From Acidobacteriota bacterium (GTDB lineage: Bacteria > Actinomycetota > Acidimicrobiia > Acidimicrobiales > CADCSY01), in assembly GCA_019510095.1 (NCBI GenBank), contig JAEKLB010000022.1, positions 1 through 62,863 of the forward strand: 62,863 bases of DNA. The letters are read 5' to 3'. The translations under genes were made by a program, and so were the position numbers. The notes under the pieces are model-generated. The model saw only the letters and a program-made list of their open reading frames with translations. It made no database searches and was not told the DNA's origin. Of the stretch, positions 45,994 to 55,433 are shown piece by piece; position 1 is the first letter of the stretch; each line of letters begins with the position of its first letter.

Positions 45994-48819
45994 GTGCACG
46001 ACTACCTGCCGTTCGTCCTGATCGGCATGACCACCGGCTCGGTCTACGGACTGATGTCCGTCGGCCTCGTGCTCACCTACCGGACCTCGGGGATCTACAA
46101 CCTTGCCCACGGGTCGATCGCCGCTCTCGCCATCACCCTCTTCTCGATCTTCTTCCGCGCCCACGGCTTCCCGTTGTGGCTGTCGTTGGTCATCTGCGTG
46201 CCGCTGCTGGGGTTCGTGCTCGGATCGCTGCTGGAGCGGCTGGCCCGTCGGCTCACCTCGGCCACCGCCGCCCACAAGGTCGTCGCGACCGTCGGGCTGC
46301 TGCTCGTCGTCGACTGGCTGGCGCCGACCATCTCTCGGGTCGTGCTCCAGAAGCTGTGGGTTCCCAACCTCGCAGCGTTGTTCGCCCGCGGCCTGATCGG
46401 CCGTTTCGGCTTCGGTCCGCTGACGTGGCTGCCGACTGGCACCAGCACGATGTGGGACGTCGTCATCGGATATGACCAGATCGTGATCATGGCGGTCGCC
46501 TTGGTGGCCACCATCGCCCTGTGGCTCCTGCTTCGTGTCACTCGGCTGGGCATCGCCATGCGGGCCGTCGTCGACAACCCGGAGCTGGCAGAGCTCACCG
46601 GCGCCAGCCCCTCACGGGTGCGACGCTGGGCGTGGACCATCGGGGCCAGCTACGCCTGCCTCGCTGGGTTGCTGCTGTCGAACCGGGTGGGGACCAACTC
46701 GACGATCCTGACGCCACTGGTGGTGCAGGCGACCGGTGCAGCAGCGTTCGGCGCGTTCGGCAGCATTCCGCTGGCCTACATCGGGGGCATCGCCCTGGGT
46801 GTTGCCTCCGCCATCGGCACCAAGTCATTGCACGGCAACCGGGTCATCGAGGGCCTGCCCGTCGCCATGCCGTTCTTGTTCCTCTTCGTCGCATTGCTGG
46901 TCGTGCCCAAGCGACGCCTCCTCGAGACGGCACGAACGCTGCCGGGAACGATCCGTCGCGATCTCGCGACCCGGGTGCCCCGGTCGGTTCGCGTCCTGGC
47001 CATCGTGGCTCTCTACGCCGGCCTGCTGGTGGTCCCCCCGCTGGGCCTCGACCTGCAGCCGTGGATGCGAGTGCTGTCGTTCGTGGTGCTCTGCCTCGGC
47101 CTCGGCCTCTTGGTGCGCACGTCGGGCCAGATCTCGCTCTGCCACTACGCGTTCGCGGCGGTCGGCGCCGCCGCGTTTCACGGCTACGCCGCGTCGGCGG
47201 GCGTCCCGTGGGCGGTCGCCCTGCTGCTCGCAGGCCTGACTGCCGTACCGGTCGGTGCCTTGATCGCTGTCCCCGCGATCCGGCTCTCCGGGCTGTTCCT
47301 CGCCCTGGCCACCTTCGCCTTCGCCTATGGGATGCAGTACCTGTTGTACGGCGCCTCGTTCATGTTCAAGGTCCAGTTGTCCATGCCGCGGCCGGCGATC
47401 GCCCAGACGGAGGAGCGCTTCTACTACGTCCTCCTGCTGTGTGTGACGCTCTGCGTCGCCTTCGTGATCGCCCTGCAACGCAGTCGACTCGGACGACTGC
47501 TCGCCGCCCTGTCCGACTCGCCGACGGCGCTCGAGACCCATGGCACGACGGTGAACGTCACGCGGCTCCTCGTCTTCTGCATCTCAGCGTTCCTCGCCGG
47601 CGTCGGGGGAGCGTTGCTCGGCTGCAGCGTGTACTTCGTCGGCGACTCCCGCTTCTCGGCGTTCGCCTCGCTGACCCTGCTCACCGTGGTCATGGTCGCT
47701 CCCGGCCGGCGGCCGTGGTACGCGTTCCCCGCCGCTGGCGGCTTGGCGGTCATGACCCGCGACATACCGCTCAGCGACGTCAACTGGAGCCGGTGGCACC
47801 TGGGGTTCCTGACTGACTACCTGGGCTTCGGCAACCTCAACCTGACGTCGCAGCTGTTCGTCGGAGCGTTGGCCATCGGCGTGGCAGTCAGCGCCTATCC
47901 GCCGACCCGGCGATCCGTGTTCTCGCGCCTCCTTCGCCGGTCCGCGGCCCGGACCGTCACCGACGCTCGTCCCGAGCCAGCTCTCCGCCTGGCGGCGGCC
48001 GCCTCGGGCGAGCTGCCGGCGCTGCACCGACCCGTCCGTGCCGAGGACGCCGGCCTGGTGGTCGATCGGCTGGTCGTGCGCTACGGCGCCCTGGTGGCGG
48101 TCGACGACCTCAGCCTCCAGGCTCCCATGGCGAGGGTCACCGGGCTGATCGGTCCCAACGGTGCCGGGAAGTCGACGACCTTCGACGCCTGCTCCGGGCT
48201 GCTCCGGCCGAGCCAGGGCACGGTGCAGCTGCACGGCCGGGACGTGTCGCACAGCGGCCCGGCTGCTCGCGCCCGGATGGGGCTGGGCCGGACCTTCCAG
48301 CGGGTGCAGCTCTGGGGCTCCCTGAGCGTCGGCGACAACGTCGCCCTCGGGCGGGAAGGCGGCATGGCGGGTGGGGACCCGCTGCGGCAGGTCGTGAGCC
48401 GCGCCGGCGAGCGAGGCGAGGTGCGAGGCGCCGCCGACTGGGCGATGGAGGTGTGCGGCGTGGGTCACCTGCGGAGCCTGGCCGTTGCCGGCCTCACCAC
48501 CAGCGAGCGACGACTGGTTGAGCTCGCCCGTTGCCTGGCGTCGTCGGCCGATCTCCTGCTGCTCGACGAGCCCAGCTCAGGTCTCGACCAGGCCGAGACC
48601 GAGGCCTTTGGGCGCATCCTCCAGGACGTGGTCGAGCGTCATCGCATCGGGGTGCTGCTCGTGGAGCACGACATGTCGCTGGTGATGGACGTGTGCCAGC
48701 ACATCTACGTGCTTGACGTCGGCAAGCTCATCGCCGAGGGTTCCCCCGACCAGGTCCGGGCTAGCGACGCGGTGCGGGCCGCCTACCTCGGCGTCGACGG
48801 GGCAGCGGTCGCCGGCTGA
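45994..48819 (+). CDS. Fused branched-chain amino acid-type ABC transporter (LivH-like + LivM-like permeases + LivG-like ATPase)
   Basis: GIYNLAHG, GIAMRAVVDN, GQISLCH, RLSGLFLALAT, Walker A GPNGAGKST, LLDEPSSG. Confidence 0.9.
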   Translation: MHDYLPFVLIGMTTGSVYGLMSVGLVLTYRTSGIYNLAHGSIAALAITLFSIFFRAHGFPLWLSLVICVPLLGFVLGSLLERLARRLTSATAAHKVVATVGLLLVVDWLAPTISRVVLQKLWVPNLAALFARGLIGRFGFGPLTWLPTGTSTMWDVVIGYDQIVIMAVALVATIALWLLLRVTRLGIAMRAVVDNPELAELTGASPSRVRRWAWTIGASYACLAGLLLSNRVGTNSTILTPLVVQATGAAAFGAFGSIPLAYIGGIALGVASAIGTKSLHGNRVIEGLPVAMPFLFLFVALLVVPKRRLLETARTLPGTIRRDLATRVPRSVRVLAIVALYAGLLVVPPLGLDLQPWMRVLSFVVLCLGLGLLVRTSGQISLCHYAFAAVGAAAFHGYAASAGVPWAVALLLAGLTAVPVGALIAVPAIRLSGLFLALATFAFAYGMQYLLYGASFMFKVQLSMPRPAIAQTEERFYYVLLLCVTLCVAFVIALQRSRLGRLLAALSDSPTALETHGTTVNVTRLLVFCISAFLAGVGGALLGCSVYFVGDSRFSAFASLTLLTVVMVAPGRRPWYAFPAAGGLAVMTRDIPLSDVNWSRWHLGFLTDYLGFGNLNLTSQLFVGALAIGVAVSAYPPTRRSVFSRLLRRSAARTVTDARPEPALRLAAAASGELPALHRPVRAEDAGLVVDRLVVRYGALVAVDDLSLQAPMARVTGLIGPNGAGKSTTFDACSGLLRPSQGTVQLHGRDVSHSGPAARARMGLGRTFQRVQLWGSLSVGDNVALGREGGMAGGDPLRQVVSRAGERGEVRGAADWAMEVCGVGHLRSLAVAGLTTSERRLVELARCLASSADLLLLDEPSSGLDQAETEAFGRILQDVVERHRIGVLLVEHDMSLVMDVCQHIYVLDVGKLIAEGSPDQVRASDAVRAAYLGVDGAAVAG

Positions 48820-50371
48820 GCGAGACGCCCGGCTGGAGGGCGTCGAGCTGCCGTTGCACCCGCCGCACATGCAGCAGGTCGCTCGGCGTGACGATGCCGA
48901 CGACCGTTCCCGCGTGGTCGACGACCGCGACCCGCTCGATCTGCTCGTCGAGCATCACCTCGACGGCCCGCAGGGCGGCGTCGTCGATCGAGACGGCGAC
49001 CTGCTCCGGCGTCCCCTCGGTGGCCGGGCTCATGATCTCCCGAACCGCGACTGATGCGAGCGGATCGACGCCGTAGTGGCGGCCGATGCGGAGTCCCCGG
49101 CGGTGGAGCTTCTCGGTCATGATGCTGTGCTCGTTGATGGCGTTGTAGACGAGGTCGGCGACCACGGTGGCCAGCATCAGCGGCAGGATCACCTGGTAGT
49201 CGCGCGTCAGCTCGAAGACGAAGACGATCGCGGTGAACGGCGCTCGGGCCGCCGACCCGAAGGTGGCCGCCATGGCCACGAGGGCGAAGGCACCGATTGC
49301 CACGTCCGGACCGGGCAGCACATGGTCGAGGCCCTGGCCGACGAGGGTGCCGTACGCCGCGCTGACCAGGAGGATCGGCGCCAGCGTCCCGCCTGACGTG
49401 CCCGAGGCCAGCGCTAGCCACCAGGCGACCAGCTTGGCCGCGGCGAGCGCGGCGAGGACGTGAAGCGTGAGACGCCCGCCGAGGACGTCGCCGATCACGT
49501 CGTAGCCGACCCCGAGGGCTCGGGGTTGGAAGATCCCGATGCTGACGAAAGCCACCGCGCCGATGGCGGGGTGCCAGAACTCGCCGATCGGCAGCCGTCG
49601 ATAGAGGCTCTCGAGCCCGAACAGGCCGCGGGTCAGGACGATGGCCATGGCGCCGCAGGCCACACCGAGCAGGAGGAACGCGGGCAGGGCGGCGAGGCCC
49701 TGATAGTCGTGACGCGGCACCGTGAACAGCGGGCCGTTGCTGTAGAGGGCGGCGTGCATGCCGCCCGCGACCGACGTGGCGGCGACGAGCGGGATCAGCG
49801 CCCGGGCCGAGAACTCGAACAGGAGGAGCTCGACGGCGAGCACGACGGCGGCGAGCGGCGAGCCGAACGTGGCCGCCATGCCCGCCGCCGCGCCACACGA
49901 GAGGAGGATCTTGCGCTCGACTGGCGAGACCGGCAACACCTGGCCGAGGAGCGAGCCAATCGAGCCGCCGGTGACGATGATGGGCCCCTCGGCGCCGAAC
50001 GGCGCCCCTGTGCCGATGGCGATGGCTGCCGAGAGGGGCTTGGCCAGCGCGGTGCGGGGGGCAATGCGACTCTGCCGCGTCAGCACCGCCTCCATGGCCT
50101 CGGGGATGCCATGACCCCGGATGACGGGCGCCCACAGCGCGAGGAGGCTGATCACGATGGCCCCGCCGACGGCGACGGCATAGGTCGTCCACCCAACGTG
50201 GAGCTCGCCGAGCGGCGGGTGGTGCCACGACAGTTGGTGGAACAGGGTGACGGCGGTGATGGCGTCGATGAGATGGAGCAGCACCCATGCCGCCGCCCCG
50301 CCTGCGAATCCGAGCAACACGCCGAGACCGGCCAGGAGCGCGAGCCGACGAGTGGGATGGGGCTGGGTCAC
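48761..50371 (-). CDS. ClC chloride channel family protein with C-terminal CBS-like segment
   Basis: GHGIPEAM, GAEGPII, GAAAGMAATF, GTSGGTLAP. Start trimmed to GTG 50371; the track extension to 51097 overlaps MarR. Confidence 0.88.
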   Translation of the reverse strand: MTQPHPTRRLALLAGLGVLLGFAGGAAAWVLLHLIDAITAVTLFHQLSWHHPPLGELHVGWTTYAVAVGGAIVISLLALWAPVIRGHGIPEAMEAVLTRQSRIAPRTALAKPLSAAIAIGTGAPFGAEGPIIVTGGSIGSLLGQVLPVSPVERKILLSCGAAAGMAATFGSPLAAVVLAVELLLFEFSARALIPLVAATSVAGGMHAALYSNGPLFTVPRHDYQGLAALPAFLLLGVACGAMAIVLTRGLFGLESLYRRLPIGEFWHPAIGAVAFVSIGIFQPRALGVGYDVIGDVLGGRLTLHVLAALAAAKLVAWWLALASGTSGGTLAPILLVSAAYGTLVGQGLDHVLPGPDVAIGAFALVAMAATFGSAARAPFTAIVFVFELTRDYQVILPLMLATVVADLVYNAINEHSIMTEKLHRRGLRIGRHYGVDPLASVAVREIMSPATEGTPEQVAVSIDDAALRAVEVMLDEQIERVAVVDHAGTVVGIVTPSDLLHVRRVQRQLDALQPGVSLSRRPLPRRRRGRRPAPRR

Positions 50372-50384
50372 GAAGCAAGGATAG

Positions 50385-50399
50385 TATCGTGACACGATA
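50385..50399. promoter_or_regulatory. Perfect palindrome TATCGTG-A-CACGATA between divergent ClC and MarR genes
   Basis: Seen directly; overlaps the first base of the MarR start codon. Confidence 0.65.
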
Positions 50400-50812
50400 T
50401 GTCCACATCGGCCCAGCTCAGCGACAGTGACTTCGCCCGGCTGCTGGCGTTCAGGGACGGGCTGCGGCGGTTCCAGCGGTGGAGCGAGCAACAGGCCCGG
50501 GCGGCCGGGATCACCCCCGCCCAGCACCAGCTGCTGCTGGCGGTTCGCGGCCACCGTGGGGAGCCGTCGCTGACCGAGATCGCCGGCCACCTCCTGCTCC
50601 GGCACAACAGCGTCGTCGAGCTGGTCGACCGGGCCGAGCTGGCCGGTCTCGTCCGGCGGGTCACCGACACCAACGACAGCCGGGTGGTGCGGGTGGTCCT
50701 GACGCCGACGGGCGAGCGCCACCTCCGTGACCTGTCGCTCGTGCACCTGGAGGAGCTGTCGCGCCTGCGCCGCAGCTTCGGGTCGTTGTGGGATCGTCTC
50801 GTGGTCGACTGA
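50399..50812 (+). CDS. MarR family transcriptional regulator
   Basis: ITPAQHQLLLAV, HNSVVELVDRAELAGLVRR, DSRVVRVVLTPTG. Confidence 0.92.
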   Translation: MSTSAQLSDSDFARLLAFRDGLRRFQRWSEQQARAAGITPAQHQLLLAVRGHRGEPSLTEIAGHLLLRHNSVVELVDRAELAGLVRRVTDTNDSRVVRVVLTPTGERHLRDLSLVHLEELSRLRRSFGSLWDRLVVD

Positions 50813-50835
50813 GGATCGTCCCGAGAGCGTGCGAG

Positions 50836-51738
50836 TCAGGCCAGGCGGCGGGAGAGGATGCAGTCCTCGGCGAAGGCGAGCGCCTTCAGGTGGTAGGTGC
50901 GGGCGGCCCAGCCCAGGCTGACGTTGTGGCCGGCGTTGGGCTCGCTGTCGATCATCAGTCGGGGCACGTGGCCCAGCACGGCGCGGAGCTCGGCGAAGTG
51001 CGCTTCGTCGATCATCCACAGTCGGTCGTGCTCGCCGAAGGTGAGGCGGATGGGGATGTCGATGCGCCCGGCCATGGCCCGGAGCTCGTCGGGCCACCCG
51101 GCGCCCTCGGAGGACTGGACGGCTGGAGCCGCATGCAGCGGCAACGCCTTCCGGCTGAAGGTGCCCTTCGGGTAGCTGTCGCTCGGGCCCCAGGACGCCC
51201 CGCGGTCGCCGGGCAGCGTCTCCGGCTCGATCCGCTCGATGCCGGGCTGGGCGAAGGTGAACGCATAGCGGATGCCGCTGCCGGCACCGTCGAGGCCGAG
51301 CAGCGCGTGGCCCCGCTGCTCGGCGGCCATGGCGAAGGCCACCTTCAGCCCGTACGAATGGCCCATCAGGAAGACCCCGGCGCCAGTCGGATGGTCGGCG
51401 GCGAACGCCTCGATCGCGTCGTGGAAGATGCGGGCCTGCTCGAACATCCCGAGCGACGACTCGGGCAGGTCGGCGCTGGCACCGTGGCCCGGCCGGTCTG
51501 GTGCCCAGACGCTGAAGCCGAGCTCGCTGCCGAGCTCGAGCAGCGAGAGACCGGGGGCCGCGCTGGCGTGGAAGTAGCCGCCGTGCATGCCGGCCCCGTG
51601 GACGGCCATCACCAGCGCCCGCGGCTCGGCACCGTCGGCCGGTTCGGCCAGCAGTCCCGACAGTGTCACGCCGTTGGCGGTGACCTCGATCTCCCGGGCA
51701 GGCGGGTGGGCGGCCGGGCTGCGCTCGAACTCGGTCAC
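50836..51738 (-). CDS. Alpha/beta hydrolase fold protein
   Basis: AVHGAG, APDRPGHG, nucleophile motif GHSYG, GHNVS. Confidence 0.85.
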   Translation of the reverse strand: MTEFERSPAAHPPAREIEVTANGVTLSGLLAEPADGAEPRALVMAVHGAGMHGGYFHASAAPGLSLLELGSELGFSVWAPDRPGHGASADLPESSLGMFEQARIFHDAIEAFAADHPTGAGVFLMGHSYGLKVAFAMAAEQRGHALLGLDGAGSGIRYAFTFAQPGIERIEPETLPGDRGASWGPSDSYPKGTFSRKALPLHAAPAVQSSEGAGWPDELRAMAGRIDIPIRLTFGEHDRLWMIDEAHFAELRAVLGHVPRLMIDSEPNAGHNVSLGWAARTYHLKALAFAEDCILSRRLA

Positions 51739-52721
51739 GACAGCCCCACTTCGGCGGGTCGGACCACGTTGGCCATCGGCTCGCCCCGGAGGTAGGCGTC
51801 GAGGTTGCTGACGAACAGGTCGACGAGGCGGGCGACGTTGCCTTCGCCCGACCCCGACACGTGGGGCGTGAGCGTGATCCGCGGGTCAGCCCAGAACGGA
51901 TGGTCGGGGGGGGCCGGCTCCGTCACCGTGACGTCGAGTGCGGCCGCTCCCGGTGCTCCCCGGTCAAGCGCACGCAGCAGGGCATCCTCGTCGACCAACC
52001 CACCGCGGCCCACGTTCACGAGCAGCGAGCCCGGTGCCATGGCGGCGAAGAACTCGTCGTTGGCCATGCCCCTCGTCGTGGTGTCGAGGGGCGCCGCCAG
52101 CACCACCACGTCGGCGCCGGCCAGCGCCTCGGGGGTGCGTGCGGTGGTGAACATCTGGTCGGCCGGATCGTCGGCGGCGGGGCTGCGCCGTACACCCCGC
52201 ACGTGCACGCCGAGGGCTTGGGCCACCGGGGTGATCGCCCGGCCGATGGAGCCGTAGCCGACGATCGTCCAGGTCTGGCCTCGGACCTCGGCATGGGAGC
52301 CACCGACCCACTCGTGCTTCTGCTCGTTCTCCCGCCAGGCCGGGGCGCCGAGCGTGTGATCGAGGACGGCGTGGACGACGTACTCGGCGATGGGGGAGCC
52401 GTTGACATGTGAAGCGGTCAAGGCGGCGCCTGTGGCGAGGAAGCGGGCATAGAAGGGATCGTCGAATCCAGCCGCCGGCGACTGCATCCACCGGAACGAC
52501 GGCGTGTGGATCACGCCGCCGAAGAACTGGCGACCCAGCGTTCCCCGATAGAGGTCGCTGGTGGCGAAGGCGACCTCGGTGCCGTCGAGCTCGCCGGCGA
52601 GCGTGCCGTCGTCGAGCAGCCGCACGGCCATGGCGTTCGGCGCCACTTCGAGAACCTTGTCCCAGAAGTGCTGGTACGTGTAGTCGGTCAGGAAGATCGA
52701 GACGGGGCGTGTCGGGTCCAC
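51735..52721 (-). CDS. D-2-hydroxyacid dehydrogenase family NAD(P)-binding protein
   Basis: IVGYGSIG, LVNVGRG, AALDVT, LTPHVSG. Confidence 0.9.
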   Translation of the reverse strand: MDPTRPVSIFLTDYTYQHFWDKVLEVAPNAMAVRLLDDGTLAGELDGTEVAFATSDLYRGTLGRQFFGGVIHTPSFRWMQSPAAGFDDPFYARFLATGAALTASHVNGSPIAEYVVHAVLDHTLGAPAWRENEQKHEWVGGSHAEVRGQTWTIVGYGSIGRAITPVAQALGVHVRGVRRSPAADDPADQMFTTARTPEALAGADVVVLAAPLDTTTRGMANDEFFAAMAPGSLLVNVGRGGLVDEDALLRALDRGAPGAAALDVTVTEPAPPDHPFWADPRITLTPHVSGSGEGNVARLVDLFVSNLDAYLRGEPMANVVRPAEVGLS

Positions 52722-52788
52722 CCGTTCTGTCTACCTGGCCGGCCAGCGGGCCCGTGGCGTCCCTTCGCGAACTGGCAGGCTCGTCGGC

Positions 52789-53865
52789 GTGACGACACCG
52801 GTTCGACTGCTCATGGGCCCCGGGCCCAGCAACCCCTATCCGGAGGCGACCGCCGCCCTTGGCCTGCCGATGCTCGGGCACCTGGATCCCGCGTTCCTCG
52901 CCGTCCTCGACGAGACCTGCGACCGGCTGCGCCAGGTCTGGCAGACCACCAACGAGCTGACCCTTCCGGTCTCCGGTACCGGGTCGGCCGGCATGGAGGC
53001 GTGCTTCGTGAACCTCGTCGGGCGGGGCGATGTCGTCGTGGTCGGTGTGAACGGGCTGTTCGGTGAGCGCATGTGCGACGTAGCCGCCCGCTGCGGCGCC
53101 GAGGTGGTCCGGGTCGACGCCCCGTGGGGCACGCCGCTCGACCCCGAGGCGGTGCTCGCCGCCCATCCCTCACCCAAGGTCATCGCCCTGGTGCACGCCG
53201 AGACGAGCACCGGCATCCGCAACGACGTCGAGACGGTGGCCGCCGGCAAGGGCGATGCGCTGGTGCTCGCCGACTGCGTGACGTCGCTCTGCGGCATCCC
53301 CGTGGCCATCGACGCCTGGGGCGTCGACGTGGCCTACGCCGGCACCCAGAAATGTGTGGGTGTGGCGCCCGGACTGGCCCCGATCACCATGGGCGAACGG
53401 GCTCGGTCCCGCCGTGTCGAGCGGCCCCAGAGCTGGTACCTCGACCTGGGCATGATCGGTGACTACACGTCGGGCGCCACCCGCAAGTATCACCACACCG
53501 CGCCCGTGGCCATGGTGCAGTCGCTGAACGCCGGCCTGGGCGTCGTGCTGGACGAAGGGCTCGAGGCCACCTGGAAGCGCCACGCCGAGTGTGGCGCCCT
53601 GCTCCAGGACGGTCTCGAGGCCATGGGACTCGAGCTGTGGGCCACCGAGGGCCACCGGCTGCCCGAGCTCACCACCGTGCTCGTGCCCGATGGTGTCGAC
53701 TCGGCCCAGGTCCGCCGCCGGCTGCTCGACGACTACGACATCGAGATCGGGGGCGGCGTCGGCGAGTGGGCGGCGAAGGTGTGGCGGATCGGCTGCATGG
53801 GCCACACCGCCAGGCGGGCCAACGTTACGACACTCCTCGGTGCGTTGGCCGGCGTGCTCGCATGA
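52789..53865 (+). CDS. Alanine-glyoxylate / serine-pyruvate aminotransferase (PLP class V)
   Basis: LMGPGPS, SGTGSAGME, HAETSTG, DCVTS, GTQKC, WRIGCMG. Confidence 0.93.
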   Translation: MTTPVRLLMGPGPSNPYPEATAALGLPMLGHLDPAFLAVLDETCDRLRQVWQTTNELTLPVSGTGSAGMEACFVNLVGRGDVVVVGVNGLFGERMCDVAARCGAEVVRVDAPWGTPLDPEAVLAAHPSPKVIALVHAETSTGIRNDVETVAAGKGDALVLADCVTSLCGIPVAIDAWGVDVAYAGTQKCVGVAPGLAPITMGERARSRRVERPQSWYLDLGMIGDYTSGATRKYHHTAPVAMVQSLNAGLGVVLDEGLEATWKRHAECGALLQDGLEAMGLELWATEGHRLPELTTVLVPDGVDSAQVRRRLLDDYDIEIGGGVGEWAAKVWRIGCMGHTARRANVTTLLGALAGVLA

Positions 53866-54460
53866 CCTCGATGCCGATCGGCAGCAGCGAGATGGCGATG
53901 ATCACGAGGATCACCGGCGTCAGGTAGTTCTCGAGCTTCGGGTAGCGCTTCCCGAGGCCGTAGCCCAACAGGGTCGCCAACGACGACCACGCAGCGGCGC
54001 CGATGACGTTGTAGGTGACGAAGGTGCGGTAGCGCATCCCGCCGACGCCGGCGAGGATCGGCGTGAAGGTGCGCACCACCGGAACGAACCGGGCGAGCAC
54101 CAGCGCCCGTGGGCCGTACCGCTCGAAGAACAGGTGTGACCGCGTCACGTTCGACTGCTTGAACAGGCGCGAGTCGGGGCGGCGGAACAGGGTTGGGCCA
54201 ACGCGTGCCCCGAACAGGTAGCCGACCTGGTCGCCTGCCACCGCGGCGGCGAAGCAGCACAGGATGAGGATGGCGATGTTGGGGTTGCCGCCGAGGGCGA
54301 TCACCAGCCCGGCCGAGAAGAGCAACGAGTCGCCGGGGAGGAAGAAGCCGAGCAGCAGACCTGACTCAGCGAAGATCATTGCGGCCACGGCGGCGACGAA
54401 CAGCGGCGCCCCGTGGCGCAGCAACGGCTCGAGGTCGGGATGCAGCAGCCAGTGGAGCAC
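53825..54460 (-). CDS. DedA/VTT family membrane protein
   Basis: FAESGLLLGFFLPGDSLL, GDQVGY, ARFVPVVRTF. Start estimated. Confidence 0.9.
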   Translation of the reverse strand: MLHWLLHPDLEPLLRHGAPLFVAAVAAMIFAESGLLLGFFLPGDSLLFSAGLVIALGGNPNIAILILCCFAAAVAGDQVGYLFGARVGPTLFRRPDSRLFKQSNVTRSHLFFERYGPRALVLARFVPVVRTFTPILAGVGGMRYRTFVTYNVIGAAAWSSLATLLGYGLGKRYPKLENYLTPVILVIIAISLLPIGIEVMRARRPTHRGVS

Positions 54461-54500
54461 GGGCGGCAACCCTAGGGGCGGAACGCATAGGGTCGAACCC

Positions 54501-55022
54501 GTGCCGGAGTCGTGGATCAGCGACGAGATGCGCGCCGCCCTCGGGCGCCAGTACGGGCAACGCACGTCGTTCCCCATCTCGACGTCCGACATCCGCAAGT
54601 GGGCCCAGGCGGTGTACTACCCGGAGCCGCCGCCCCGCCTCTACTGGGACGAGGCCTATGCGGCGACGACCAGCTACGGCGGCATCGTTGCGCCCGAGGA
54701 CTTCAACCCGTTCGCGTGGATGACCGCTTCCGGTCCACCCGAGCTCAGCCCCGACCTGTCGCCGATGTCGATGCTCTTCCCCGAGGCAAACGTCGGCGTC
54801 GAGCTGCCCGCCACCACCAACATGCTGAACGGCGGCATGGAGTGCACCTACGGCGTGCGCATGCGGCCCGGTGACGTGATCAGCGCGGTCACCAGCCTTG
54901 CCGAGTACACCGAGCGTCCTGGCCGCCTCGGCCTGATGCTCTTCGCCTACACCGAGCAACGGTGGACGAACCAGGAGGAGCAGCTGGTGAAGGCCCAGCG
55001 CGACATCCTCATCCGCTACTGA
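54501..55022 (+). CDS. MaoC/FAS1-like dehydratase (N-terminal hot-dog type)
   Basis: DIRKWAQAV, YGGIVAP, LNGG, RPGDVI. Start estimated at GTG 54501. Confidence 0.8.
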   Translation: MPESWISDEMRAALGRQYGQRTSFPISTSDIRKWAQAVYYPEPPPRLYWDEAYAATTSYGGIVAPEDFNPFAWMTASGPPELSPDLSPMSMLFPEANVGVELPATTNMLNGGMECTYGVRMRPGDVISAVTSLAEYTERPGRLGLMLFAYTEQRWTNQEEQLVKAQRDILIRY

Positions 55023-55429
55023 TGGATGTCAAGGTCGGGGATGAGCTCCCCACGTACGAGCGGATGTCGAGCTTCCAGCATTGGAACCGTTACGCGGCGG
55101 TGAACCACGAGTTCGTCGACATCCACATGGACGACCGGGCCGGCAAGGCGGCCGGCTATTCCGGTGCCTTCGGCATGGGCAACCTCCAGTGGGCCTACCT
55201 CCACTGCATGCTGCGCGAATGGATGGGCGAGGACGGCCGCATCGTTTCGATGGCGATCCAGTTCCGGGCGGCCAACCTCAACGACCTCCGCACCATCGCC
55301 CACGGCCGGGTGACCGCCGTGCGGGAGGAGGGCGGCGAGACCGTCGTCGACCTCGAGGTGTGGACCGAGAACGAGCTGGGCGCGGCCATGGCGCCCGGCA
55401 CGGCCACGGTGGCGCTCGCGCCAAGCTGA
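55022..55429 (+). CDS. MaoC family dehydratase
   Basis: YAAVNHEFVDIHMD, AFGMGNL, LEVWTEN; TGATG overlap. Confidence 0.82.
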   Translation: MDVKVGDELPTYERMSSFQHWNRYAAVNHEFVDIHMDDRAGKAAGYSGAFGMGNLQWAYLHCMLREWMGEDGRIVSMAIQFRAANLNDLRTIAHGRVTAVREEGGETVVDLEVWTENELGAAMAPGTATVALAPS

Positions 55430-55433
55430 GGGT

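Noticed and set aside
50372-51097. 242-codon N-terminal extension of the ClC ORF
   Set aside because: Overlaps the MarR gene and the hydrolase 3' end; the ClC-like sequence starts near GTG 50371.
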